In this document: positions 47,450 through 57,819 of the stretch, in pieces
How the letters are laid out: each line of letters begins with the position of its first letter
How positions within the stretch are numbered: position 1 is the stretch's first letter
IMG/VR virus record: IMGVR_UViG_3300042291_000666
Coordinates: 32,001 to 96,000 of that record
DNA length: 64,000 nt
Strand: one strand, 5' to 3'
Origin: a virus
Position numbers and translations under genes: made by a program
The notes under the pieces: model-generated
The model's database searches: none
The model's input: only the letters and a program-made list of their open reading frames with translations
Told to the model about the DNA's origin: nothing

Positions 47450-50400
47450 ATGGCACAGCAAAATGAAAATCCTGGGACATCTTCCGTAAATACTAATTCA
47501 TTCATAAAAGGAATGAATAAAGATATTACGCAAGCAATGGAACCAAAAGAAAGTTGGTGGCATGCACGTAATGCTATGAACAATTCTACTGATGGTGACC
47601 TTGGTGTAATTGGCAATGAACCTTCAAATTTACAATGTGGTGTAATACCATATACAATTATTGGGGCTATACATAGATTTGGTGACCAATGGGTTGTGTA
47701 TTCTACTGATGATGTAAATTCAGAAATTGGAACATTTGATGATAGTCAATGTAAATATGAAGTTATTGTAAATGATCCTTGTTTAAATTTTAATAGAAAG
47801 TATTTAATAACTGGTGCAGCAAAAGAAAATTTTGATTGTACTTGGCAAGTATATTGGGATGATGGAAACAATCCTTCACGTTCATTAAACATTAATAAAG
47901 TACCATGGATCAGAACTATATCATCTGCACCTGGTGATCCATGTATTACATATAATGATACAACACAATTAAATTGTGAAAAAATAAGATTAGCTCCTTT
48001 GGTTGATACACCTTGTGTTACGTTAAGTAAATCAATTGATGGTGGTATGTTACAAAATGGAGCATATCAAGCATTCATTGCTTATATTGAAACTGAACAA
48101 AAGGTAACTGATTATATTGGTATTTCTAATGTTCAAACATTATGGTCACATTCTGGTACAGGAGGTTCATTAAATATTACAGTAAGTAATTTAGATAAAG
48201 ATTATGATTACTATGAGTTAGTATTACTTGTAAGAAATCAAGGTCAAATATATGCTAAACGTATAGGTAGTTATAGTACACAACAACAAGATATTAATAT
48301 TGATTATATTGATGATACATTAGTAGCTGTAAGTTTAAAGACAATTCCTCAAAGAAGTCCTGCTTATGAAAAATCAAATGCAATGTATGTTGTAAATGAT
48401 TGGTTAATTAGACAAGGACCTGTAAGTCAGTTTGATTTTAACTATCAACCAATAGCAAATGATATCAAAGTTAATTGGGTATCAAATCAAATAGATTCTA
48501 GTTATTATCATTTAGGTGGTAATAAGTTGGGATTTTTAAGAGATGAACAATATGCATTCTTTATTAGATGGATTTATAATACAGGAGAGAGATCTTCTTC
48601 ATATCATATTCCAGGAAGAGCACCAAGGCCATTTGCAACCCCTTCAGGGACATTTCTAGAAACAGATGTTATATACGGTAATAATGTTTTAGATTCTGCA
48701 GGAGACCCTTTATTTAAGGTTTATAATACAGGAACAATTACATCATCTAATTTAACAGAAGTTCAACCAGATGGTTCATTAATTATTGCTAGAGGTGATA
48801 TGGCATATTGGGAATCAACAGAAAGATATCCTGCTAATAGACCTGAGATTTGGGGTGACCTTTGTGGAAAACCAATTAGACACCATAAGTTCCCTACTGA
48901 AGAAGTAGGGGGTGCAAATTCACCATTGCATATAAGTACAACAGCAGGAGATTTAATTAATGTTCTAGGTGTTGAGTTTACAAATATTGGAAGACCAAAA
49001 TATAATGACGGAACTTATATAACAAATGTAGTTGGTTATGAAATATTAAGAGGATCTAGAGGTGGTGCTAAATCTATTTTAGCAAAAGGATTATTTAGAA
49101 ATATGCGTAAGTATACTATACCTAATGCAGAAAATCTAATAGGTGGATCTGTTCAAGGTTTATATCCTAACTATCCGTACAATGATTTAAGACCTGATGT
49201 TTATTTTCATGATGGTAATGCTAATAGTATTCATAGAACAGAAGGTTGTGATAACTATAGTCAATCAATGGGTAGTTTTAGACCATTGGGTGCAGCTCCT
49301 GCTATAGCTGGTGATCCGTCTGGATATTCAAAAAAAGTATTTACTTTTTCATCTCCAGATCTAATGTTTACTAAACCATTTCTGAATGCATATGAAACTA
49401 GAATTTATGGATATTTAACTGGTAATCAATCAGGTTATTTTAAAGCATCAGAAGATCATCCTCAATTTAAATTATTAAGAAATGGTGCAGCAATAATGGC
49501 TGCAATTGTAGGTTTAGGTTATGCTGTGGCTCAAGTTCAAGGTGATAGAGGAAGTTCAAGATCATCAGGAACTTCAGGTAATTATATGGCAAATGATTTT
49601 TATTTGGGTTTTGGTACAGGTGGTACAACAGGTCTTGGTGCAAGTGCTGCAGCAAATGCAGTTGGAGCTGGAATTAATGCCGGTTTAATTGCTACACTTT
49701 CAAGTGTATATGAAAATGTTGACAATGGTGTAGCTTTAGCTGATTTATGGGTAGGTGGCTCAGGAATGGAATTTGCAAATCAATTATTTTCTACAGCTGC
49801 CCTTACAGTAGGTATAGCACCTGCGGGTTCAGGTGGTGAATATATAATCAATACTAATAAAAATACACCACTTTCTCAATTGCCTGGTGTGTTTAGAGCT
49901 ATAGTTGCATTGTTTACAACAGCATCTAACATTGCTATTGGTGGAAATGAAATAGTAGAATTAATTTATAACTTGGTTAATAAATCTGATTTTGTATTAA
50001 AATATAATTCAGCAGGTTTCTTTAATGCATTTACAAAAATCAATACAGGATTGTTTAGAATTAAAAATACAGATTCAAATTATCTAGGTCAATCTTTTCA
50101 AAGTTTTGATAATGGAAATTACAAGATAAATAATTTATTTAGACCTACTACGGTAGCAGTTTCTTTAAGTGATCCTATAGCAGAACCAAGTGTAGTTGAT
50201 AGATCAAGATTTACAGTTGGTGGGGATATGAATGCAAATTTAACTGTTAATGTTTATTCTGGTGATTATTTAACTAACCCATCAGAAAAACAAATAAGAC
50301 CTATATCTGCTTATTATGGAGCTCTTAAATTTAATTTTGATAATCAGTATGGTCAACTAGATGGTATTAAACAAGTTCAAATGAGAGGTTGTGTAGAATA

Positions 50401-53400
50401 CTTAGATCCTACTAAACCGGATGCATTTAAATATTCTAGTTCAGCTATATTTGGTGGTGATATATTTATTACTAGATATACTGAAAAAGTTATAATGCCA
50501 ATATTTGCACAATACTTATTAGGACAACCTGATGAATTTACATATGATTATTCTCAACATGTTAATATACCTTATCCAAGATTTTGGTTAAATTCCCAAA
50601 AGTTTGATATGAGTAAATTAAGTAGAGAGATAGCATCTTTTGGTGCAATCAGTGGTAGTGATTTAGATGCATTGTTACCTAATGATTTATTTTACTTAGA
50701 TAGAGGTGGTGATAGTTGTAATAACTTTATCAATAGTATTGTTAACAATAGTGATCCTAATCCAATGTTTGCTATGAGATTTGCATATATGTATTCTCAT
50801 TCAAATGGTATGTTAGATTTCTTTGTAGAATCTGAAGTTAATCTAGCTAATAGAGATTGGGAAGATAGACAAGATGCTAGAATATATGATGTATACAGTT
50901 ATAATGATATTGATGAATTATTTCATGCTCAGATTGAAAAGAAAGATAATTTTTATAAGTATGATGAATCATTAAGCCCATCTAAATTTGTAACACAGTT
51001 GGGTAGCTTTGGTGAGATTCAACCAAGATACTATGATCCATATACTGCAGAAAATTGTTATGTTAGTTATCCAAAAAGATTAATCTATTCATTGCAAGCA
51101 CAAAAAGAATCTAAGAAAGATTTTTGGAGAGTGTTTTTGCCATTTAATTATCAAGACTTTAAAAACAAAGTAAGTGTAATTAAACCTATTAATAAGAATG
51201 GTGCACTTATATTTTTCCCATATCTATCTCCACAAATGTTTCAGGGAATTGATACTTTAAAAACATCTTTAGATACTAAACTTACTATTGGTGATGGAGG
51301 TTTATTTAGCCAACCATTTCAAAATGTTGTTAATTCAGATTTGTCAAATGAGTATGGTTCATGTGAAAGTTTAAGAAGTGTTATGAATACACCAGTAGGT
51401 TTGTTTTTTATATCTCAAGCTCAAGGTAAGATATTCCACTTTACTGGTCAAAATTTAGATCCAATATCTAATGCAGGAATGAAATGGTGGTTTAATAAAT
51501 ATCTACCATCTCAATTGGTTAAACAATATCCTGGATTAGAAGATTCACCATTATCAGATAATCCTGTAGTAGGTGTAGGTTGTCAAACAATCTATGATCC
51601 TAATGATGATATAGTTTACTTTATGAAGAAAGACTATAGAGTTAAAGCTTCATATATTGCTGATGTTACATATACTGAAAAAAGAGGATTTGCTTTATCA
51701 GGAAATCCTATTACATTGGGAGATCCAATATTCTTTGATGATTGTTCTTGGACTGTAAGTTATGATCCTAAATCTAAAGCTTGGATATCATTCCATGATT
51801 GGCATCCAGAATTTGCATTGCCAAGTATTAACCATTTCTTTACTACTAAGACTATAGCTACTACTATTCCACAATGTCCTCCAGGTTATAATTTTAATTC
51901 TACTAATGGGTTATGTGAAAGATCAATAAATATTAATGAGCCGGCTATTGTTACAGTAGATGAAATCAATTCTGTTGTTAATGGTGGACCAGTTAATTGT
52001 TTAATAGATATTGTTATTGCAATGGATACATCTGGATCAACTAATTCAGGAGGACGCAGACAAGCACAATTAGCATGGTTAAATGCATTTTTAAGTGATT
52101 CTAATATAACTGCACCAATGGCAGCAGGAACAATGCAGATAGGTTTTACATCATGGGGTAGTGGTAATATAAATTATAATATACCTAATCCAGCTGGAGG
52201 TACTTGGTCAATGAGCAATACAGTAACTCCAACGCAAGTTGCTGCTTGGTATAATGCTAATTGGACAGGTGGCGGTACTAATGTTTCTTTAGGTATGACT
52301 TCTGGTCAAACATTGTTAAATAATAAAGCAGCTAGTCAATTAGGTAATAGAAGTGCACAACCATTTTTTAGACAAATAATTATATTAGTTACAGATACAA
52401 CAAGTGATCCTGGAAATATTGGTTGTCCATTTCAAGGTACTGGTGTTTCACCAAGTGCAACTGGTCCAGCAAATCAAAGAGTATATGCATTATTTTGTGG
52501 TGCAACTAGTGCTATACCAACTGGTAATGTATTAGGTAATATATCTTGTACACCGGGCCCTGTAAATGTTGATGGATACCAATTTGGAATTAATGCATCT
52601 GTGCCTGCAACTTTTGCTACTGTAGCAACAGCTATTGCTGGGTCTGTTTGTTCAATTCCATTTGTTTGTACTTGTGCTCCAGGTTATACAAAAGTATTTT
52701 TTAATCCAGCAACTAGTGTTTATACATCACCAACAGGTGTATGTGATAATATTACACCACCTGTATGTAGAAAAGTAACTTGTGCATGTCCAACATCTCC
52801 TCCGGGAAGTGTTACAACTACAACTGGTAATTGTGATGATGTTTATTTAATAGGTAATCCAACCTATGTGAATCCAAATCCTCAGATTTGTAATTTCTTT
52901 AAATATGAATCTACACCAGCTAATTATAAAGTTGGTTCATTCTGGAGACATAATGTTAGATGTGATAGTTTTGCTAATTTCTATGGTACTGATTATCCAT
53001 GGGAAGTAGAATTGGTTTCTAATACTGGACAAATGGTTAATACTGTTAGAAGTATGGAGTATCAATTAGAAAGTTATGTGTACAAAGGAGATATGGGATT
53101 TGCTTGTAATGATGACAGATGGGAAGATTTAAACTTTAACTTTGATCAATCAATCATTTATAATAATGAGCAAGTATCTGGGTTACTACAATTAACTCCT
53201 ACACCATATAACAATCCTATATTGGAGTTAAGTTATCCTATTATCACTACAAATAGCATAAATATATTATGTTCTAAAGTAGAACAAAAATATAGATTCA
53301 ATCAATTTTATGACATTACTAATGATAGAGGTGAATTTACAAATGCTGAACAGGCAATCTGGGATACACAGCCTAATGGATATATTAAAGTTTTAAATAC

Positions 53401-53548
53401 TATAAACTTAAATTATAACAAACCTCCATTACAGCATAAGAAGTTTAGACATTATTATAATAATGTTATTTTAAGAAGAGTTAAATCAGAAAATAGAAAG
53501 ATGTTATTGAGATTGAATAACACTAAATTACTTTTATCAATGAGATAA
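47450..53548 (+). CDS. Muzzle/tail stabilisation protein with inserted VWA domain
   Basis: FIKGMNKD start, RDEQYAF, IRHHKFP, FGGDIFI and WISFHDW motifs; insert DIVIAMDTSGS. Confidence 0.8.
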   Translation: MAQQNENPGTSSVNTNSFIKGMNKDITQAMEPKESWWHARNAMNNSTDGDLGVIGNEPSNLQCGVIPYTIIGAIHRFGDQWVVYSTDDVNSEIGTFDDSQCKYEVIVNDPCLNFNRKYLITGAAKENFDCTWQVYWDDGNNPSRSLNINKVPWIRTISSAPGDPCITYNDTTQLNCEKIRLAPLVDTPCVTLSKSIDGGMLQNGAYQAFIAYIETEQKVTDYIGISNVQTLWSHSGTGGSLNITVSNLDKDYDYYELVLLVRNQGQIYAKRIGSYSTQQQDINIDYIDDTLVAVSLKTIPQRSPAYEKSNAMYVVNDWLIRQGPVSQFDFNYQPIANDIKVNWVSNQIDSSYYHLGGNKLGFLRDEQYAFFIRWIYNTGERSSSYHIPGRAPRPFATPSGTFLETDVIYGNNVLDSAGDPLFKVYNTGTITSSNLTEVQPDGSLIIARGDMAYWESTERYPANRPEIWGDLCGKPIRHHKFPTEEVGGANSPLHISTTAGDLINVLGVEFTNIGRPKYNDGTYITNVVGYEILRGSRGGAKSILAKGLFRNMRKYTIPNAENLIGGSVQGLYPNYPYNDLRPDVYFHDGNANSIHRTEGCDNYSQSMGSFRPLGAAPAIAGDPSGYSKKVFTFSSPDLMFTKPFLNAYETRIYGYLTGNQSGYFKASEDHPQFKLLRNGAAIMAAIVGLGYAVAQVQGDRGSSRSSGTSGNYMANDFYLGFGTGGTTGLGASAAANAVGAGINAGLIATLSSVYENVDNGVALADLWVGGSGMEFANQLFSTAALTVGIAPAGSGGEYIINTNKNTPLSQLPGVFRAIVALFTTASNIAIGGNEIVELIYNLVNKSDFVLKYNSAGFFNAFTKINTGLFRIKNTDSNYLGQSFQSFDNGNYKINNLFRPTTVAVSLSDPIAEPSVVDRSRFTVGGDMNANLTVNVYSGDYLTNPSEKQIRPISAYYGALKFNFDNQYGQLDGIKQVQMRGCVEYLDPTKPDAFKYSSSAIFGGDIFITRYTEKVIMPIFAQYLLGQPDEFTYDYSQHVNIPYPRFWLNSQKFDMSKLSREIASFGAISGSDLDALLPNDLFYLDRGGDSCNNFINSIVNNSDPNPMFAMRFAYMYSHSNGMLDFFVESEVNLANRDWEDRQDARIYDVYSYNDIDELFHAQIEKKDNFYKYDESLSPSKFVTQLGSFGEIQPRYYDPYTAENCYVSYPKRLIYSLQAQKESKKDFWRVFLPFNYQDFKNKVSVIKPINKNGALIFFPYLSPQMFQGIDTLKTSLDTKLTIGDGGLFSQPFQNVVNSDLSNEYGSCESLRSVMNTPVGLFFISQAQGKIFHFTGQNLDPISNAGMKWWFNKYLPSQLVKQYPGLEDSPLSDNPVVGVGCQTIYDPNDDIVYFMKKDYRVKASYIADVTYTEKRGFALSGNPITLGDPIFFDDCSWTVSYDPKSKAWISFHDWHPEFALPSINHFFTTKTIATTIPQCPPGYNFNSTNGLCERSININEPAIVTVDEINSVVNGGPVNCLIDIVIAMDTSGSTNSGGRRQAQLAWLNAFLSDSNITAPMAAGTMQIGFTSWGSGNINYNIPNPAGGTWSMSNTVTPTQVAAWYNANWTGGGTNVSLGMTSGQTLLNNKAASQLGNRSAQPFFRQIIILVTDTTSDPGNIGCPFQGTGVSPSATGPANQRVYALFCGATSAIPTGNVLGNISCTPGPVNVDGYQFGINASVPATFATVATAIAGSVCSIPFVCTCAPGYTKVFFNPATSVYTSPTGVCDNITPPVCRKVTCACPTSPPGSVTTTTGNCDDVYLIGNPTYVNPNPQICNFFKYESTPANYKVGSFWRHNVRCDSFANFYGTDYPWEVELVSNTGQMVNTVRSMEYQLESYVYKGDMGFACNDDRWEDLNFNFDQSIIYNNEQVSGLLQLTPTPYNNPILELSYPIITTNSINILCSKVEQKYRFNQFYDITNDRGEFTNAEQAIWDTQPNGYIKVLNTINLNYNKPPLQHKKFRHYYNNVILRRVKSENRKMLLRLNNTKLLLSMR

Positions 53549-56500
53549 TGGAGAAAAAGATACAACAAAAAGAAAGTAGAGGATTACCAGGTGGCCCAAA
53601 TGAGATGTTTACTTATACTACAGGAGTATTCTCTACAGAAGGATTTAGAATGGATAGCCCAGATGTAAATAATTATCAAAATATTATTCCATCTGGTTCT
53701 ATTACCATGAAAGAAAGAGATGGTAGTCCTTTGAGAAAGGGACCAATCCATGGTATAGATAATCTAGGTAATGAGCAAGTTATGTATCCTGGATATAATT
53801 ATGAATTTCCAGGTACAGAAGTAACAGAAACATTGATGGCTAAAATGGGTGGTGCTCTATTAGATAAAACTATTGAGTGCGGTAATTGCGGTTGGGAATG
53901 GAAAGCTGCTGATGGTGGTTCTGATGTTATGGATTGTCACAAGTGTGGTGGTAAAGGTTTGATAAAAGCTCAACAAGGACAGGAAATAAAACCACCATTA
54001 GGTGGAGGTAAATATTATACTACTGATAATAAAGTAGTTGACTGGGGAACTGCTGAATATGAAGATGCTTATAATAGAGGTGAAGTATTATCTGATAAAG
54101 GTGTACGTTCTGAAGTAACCTTAGATGGTGGAAAACTTGATGATGTAGTTATAAAAAATAATTACAAAAGAGGTTTTTGGGGAAAGTATAGAGATAAAAT
54201 TATAGATGAAAATAAAGATGCAGGATTACTAGGAGCTATTGCTGGTGTACCTATTTCAGCTGTAACAAGTCTTCCACAACTTGCAGCAACATATGGTATT
54301 ACAGGAAAAATGGAAAGACCTTCTGAAGCAATGGATATAAAAAATCCTTATTTAGCTATGGGAGTTGATGCTGTGGCTGATCCTACAAATTTAGTTGGTG
54401 CAGGATTATTATCAAAAACAAGTTTGATTGCTCCAGAAATAAAACAAGGAATAAAAGTTTTAGGAAATTATGGTAATGATGTAATTCAAACATCAAAAGC
54501 AGCTGGAAAAATTAAGTTACCTACATATGCAAATGCTTATAGATGGCAAGCTGATGTAGTACCTGAAAGCTTAGTTAATTGGGGTAAAAGTTTAACACCG
54601 GAACAACAATCACTAACAGGTTCTTGGTATACAGAAAATGTTGAGCAATTACCATTTTATATGAGAACAAGACCTGGATCTGGAAATGTTAATGTTTCAA
54701 GACTAAGTAATACAAAAATAGATCACTTAAGGGAAACAATGTCTGATGCAGCAAAAGGTATGTCTGGTAAAGCAGAAAGTGTGGCTGCATCAAATACCAG
54801 TATGCCGGGTGAATTAATTCTTCCTGAAGCTTCAAGAAGTAATCTTAAAAAATTTAAGTTTGATGTTAACCCTAGTGAATATACCATACCTGATGAAAGT
54901 ATTAAAAATCCACAATACCGTAATGCAGTTATAGATGAAAATACTACTGATATAATTAAACCTATGTTGGAAGCACAATATCAACCTATAATGGGTATAC
55001 CTAGAAAATATTTTCCTTTTGCAGAAGGGGGTGAAACTATTCCTCCAACACAATATGTAGTTAAGAAAGGGGATACACTTGGTAAGATTGCTGCAGCAAA
55101 CAATACTTCTATTGCAAGTATTATGAGAAACAATGAAAACATTGCTGATCCAAATGTAATTAGTGTTAATCAAAAAATTAATCTTGCAACTCAAAGTGCT
55201 GACGCACCTAAAGAAGAAGTATATAGAGATTGGGATACAATAAGAAATAAAAAAGATGAGATAAATAAATTATCTGATGAACAAAAGATCATACGCTATT
55301 ACAATGACAAACCAGAAGAAAAGTATCTTATATTAGATAAGAAGAATGCTGTAATGAAACTCTATACGGGTGGTAATTTTACAAAGTCATATGAGGTTGG
55401 TGTTGGTCAAAATCCTGGTGATGCACAAACTGTTACTAAAGTTAAAGATGGTAAAACAGATTGGACAGGTGGAAACAAATCTACTGGTGCAGGTATTTAT
55501 ACTATATCAAATATTGATCCTGCTAGTAAAGAATATTATGGTTTGCCTGCATTTAATTTAAAAAATGAAAATGGTATTGAAGTAGCAACAACAATACATG
55601 GTACTCCAACATCTAGAAGAAGTAAGTTTAGTAATGGTACTGTTGTAGATAACAGAATGAGTAATGGTTGTATTAATGGTAAGTGTGAAGATCTTAAAGA
55701 TTTATATAATGAATTAGAGATGGATGCAAAAGTTTATATTCTGCCTGAAGACACCGGAAATAATTTTCAAATCATAGATGGTAAACCTGCATTAAAAGTA
55801 TCTGCTCAAAACAGACAAAAATATAATAGTTATGTTGATCAAAAAGGTGTTACACAAAAAGGTCAAGGTGCAAATCAAACAACTAAAACATTAGTATATA
55901 AACCAATTAAAGCATTCATTAATGAAAAAAAATTCAAAGAAGATGTATTTCAATGGAATGACTTTAATGATGAAAAAGAATATACTAATACTACAAAACC
56001 ATTTATTGTTGGTTTAACTACAAATAAAAAAGATGTCATGAAAGCTGCAAAGATTTCATCTGATGTTTATAATGAATTAGCTAAAATGGCTTTTGGTATA
56101 TATGGAACTGAAAGTAATTTTGGAGATGAGCACGTAGCTTTTGGAAATTTATTAAGAGCAGGTAATAAGTTTTTAGATCCTGAATCATCAAGTAGTCCTG
56201 ATGTTAAATCAAAAGCAAGTACTTATGGAGCTGATGAAAATTATAGAAGCGTTGGATATACTCAATTAAGATGGAACTATCTTAATAAAGATGAGAAGGC
56301 TGCATTAAAAGAAGTAGGTATTACATCTAATAAAGATTTTCTTGATCCTAAAAAAGCAGCTATAGGTACAGTTACTGTATTAGGTATTAGATATAATCAA
56401 CAACTTACTGATAAACAAAAACAAGAAGTTTGGAAATACTTACCTTCTAAGTGGAATAACCGTGCTAACTACGGTAGCCGTGTTAAAAGCAATTCATCTT

Positions 56501-57759
56501 ATTTATCATTTAAACAATTAGATAAAAAACAGGAAGGTGGTGAATATATTCTAGAAGCTCAGAAAGGAAAAGAAACTGAAGACACTTCATGGACAGCATA
56601 CTTAAATCCAGCAAACTGGGGTACATCTAGATATGATGATGCAGGTACATTTAAAGAAGCCTTTAGAGCAGCACGTGTTGAAGGTGATTCTGATTTCCTA
56701 TGGAAGGGTGATAGATATTCTACTGAATTAAAAAAGAATACAGCACCAGCTAAACCAAAAGGAATAACTCCAGAAATTTTAATAAGACAAGCATATAGAG
56801 AATCTGCATTTAATCCTAAAGCTGTTTCTCCAGCTGGTTATAAAGGTTTAGGACAAATTGGAGATGATGTAATTAAAGATTACAAAAAAGCAAATAACAT
56901 TGCAGGTAATGTTGATCCTTTTAACATGAAACAAAATTCTGAGGTTCAAAAGTATTCAATGAATGAATTGTATAATTCAAGTTTTATTAATAAACCAGGA
57001 CAATCAGAACAAGTAAGATTAGCAAAAACATTAGCTGCATATAATTGGGGTAGAACTAATGTTAGTAATTTACTAAATGATTTAAAAGAAGATGGTGTTG
57101 ACATTTATAATAGTTTAGACTGGATTAGTAAATTACCAGATGAACCAAAAAAATATATAAATGATATATTATTACAAAAAAACACTACCTTTAACACTGA
57201 TTTTTCTAAGGCATTAGGTAATCAAAAAAATATGCCAATAAAAAGATTATATGGTTTTAGAGATGGTGGTGAATCAAAACCAGGTCCATTAATGATAGCA
57301 TATAATAGATTGCCAGCAGAAAAGAAAATGGGTGGTGCTATAGATTACAAACAAGTTGGTGGTGAAAAGAAATATTCAGAACAAGATGGTAGATTGGTTG
57401 TAACTACAAAAAAAGTTGATACAGCAGATGGGCCAAGATACTATCAAGCTAAATCACCTGATTATAATTTTTCAAGAGAATTAGTAGATACAAGATCAAG
57501 AACAAGGGTTGCTGATTCAATACCAAAAGCCAATTTAGATCCACGTATAATTGAATCTTTAAATAAAAAACAATTTGGTGGTCAATTAAATTCTACTAAT
57601 ATTACTATGTATAAAGATTATATAAAAGGTAATATTGGTAATGAAGAACAAGCAGTAAAAAACTATGATAAATTAAATAGGATTTACTATAATAAAGCAA
57701 AAGAGTTAGGAATGACTGCTGCAAATTACATAATGACGTATGTTGTAGACAATTCTTAA
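53548..57759 (+). CDS. Multidomain internal/ejected virion protein: Zn ribbon, ART-like region, LysM, L,D-transpeptidase, lysozyme-like and SLT domains
   Basis: CGNC...CHKC; YVVKKGDTLGKIA (LysM); IHGT...SNGC (YkuD); RESAFNPKAVSPAG.KGLGQI...LAAYNWG (SLT). Confidence 0.85.
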   Translation: MEKKIQQKESRGLPGGPNEMFTYTTGVFSTEGFRMDSPDVNNYQNIIPSGSITMKERDGSPLRKGPIHGIDNLGNEQVMYPGYNYEFPGTEVTETLMAKMGGALLDKTIECGNCGWEWKAADGGSDVMDCHKCGGKGLIKAQQGQEIKPPLGGGKYYTTDNKVVDWGTAEYEDAYNRGEVLSDKGVRSEVTLDGGKLDDVVIKNNYKRGFWGKYRDKIIDENKDAGLLGAIAGVPISAVTSLPQLAATYGITGKMERPSEAMDIKNPYLAMGVDAVADPTNLVGAGLLSKTSLIAPEIKQGIKVLGNYGNDVIQTSKAAGKIKLPTYANAYRWQADVVPESLVNWGKSLTPEQQSLTGSWYTENVEQLPFYMRTRPGSGNVNVSRLSNTKIDHLRETMSDAAKGMSGKAESVAASNTSMPGELILPEASRSNLKKFKFDVNPSEYTIPDESIKNPQYRNAVIDENTTDIIKPMLEAQYQPIMGIPRKYFPFAEGGETIPPTQYVVKKGDTLGKIAAANNTSIASIMRNNENIADPNVISVNQKINLATQSADAPKEEVYRDWDTIRNKKDEINKLSDEQKIIRYYNDKPEEKYLILDKKNAVMKLYTGGNFTKSYEVGVGQNPGDAQTVTKVKDGKTDWTGGNKSTGAGIYTISNIDPASKEYYGLPAFNLKNENGIEVATTIHGTPTSRRSKFSNGTVVDNRMSNGCINGKCEDLKDLYNELEMDAKVYILPEDTGNNFQIIDGKPALKVSAQNRQKYNSYVDQKGVTQKGQGANQTTKTLVYKPIKAFINEKKFKEDVFQWNDFNDEKEYTNTTKPFIVGLTTNKKDVMKAAKISSDVYNELAKMAFGIYGTESNFGDEHVAFGNLLRAGNKFLDPESSSSPDVKSKASTYGADENYRSVGYTQLRWNYLNKDEKAALKEVGITSNKDFLDPKKAAIGTVTVLGIRYNQQLTDKQKQEVWKYLPSKWNNRANYGSRVKSNSSYLSFKQLDKKQEGGEYILEAQKGKETEDTSWTAYLNPANWGTSRYDDAGTFKEAFRAARVEGDSDFLWKGDRYSTELKKNTAPAKPKGITPEILIRQAYRESAFNPKAVSPAGYKGLGQIGDDVIKDYKKANNIAGNVDPFNMKQNSEVQKYSMNELYNSSFINKPGQSEQVRLAKTLAAYNWGRTNVSNLLNDLKEDGVDIYNSLDWISKLPDEPKKYINDILLQKNTTFNTDFSKALGNQKNMPIKRLYGFRDGGESKPGPLMIAYNRLPAEKKMGGAIDYKQVGGEKKYSEQDGRLVVTTKKVDTADGPRYYQAKSPDYNFSRELVDTRSRTRVADSIPKANLDPRIIESLNKKQFGGQLNSTNITMYKDYIKGNIGNEEQAVKNYDKLNRIYYNKAKELGMTAANYIMTYVVDNS

Positions 57760-57819
57760 ACCTTAAAAATTAGTAAATCTATAGATTTATTTGTATATTA
57801 ATAATATAATCTAGACAAC

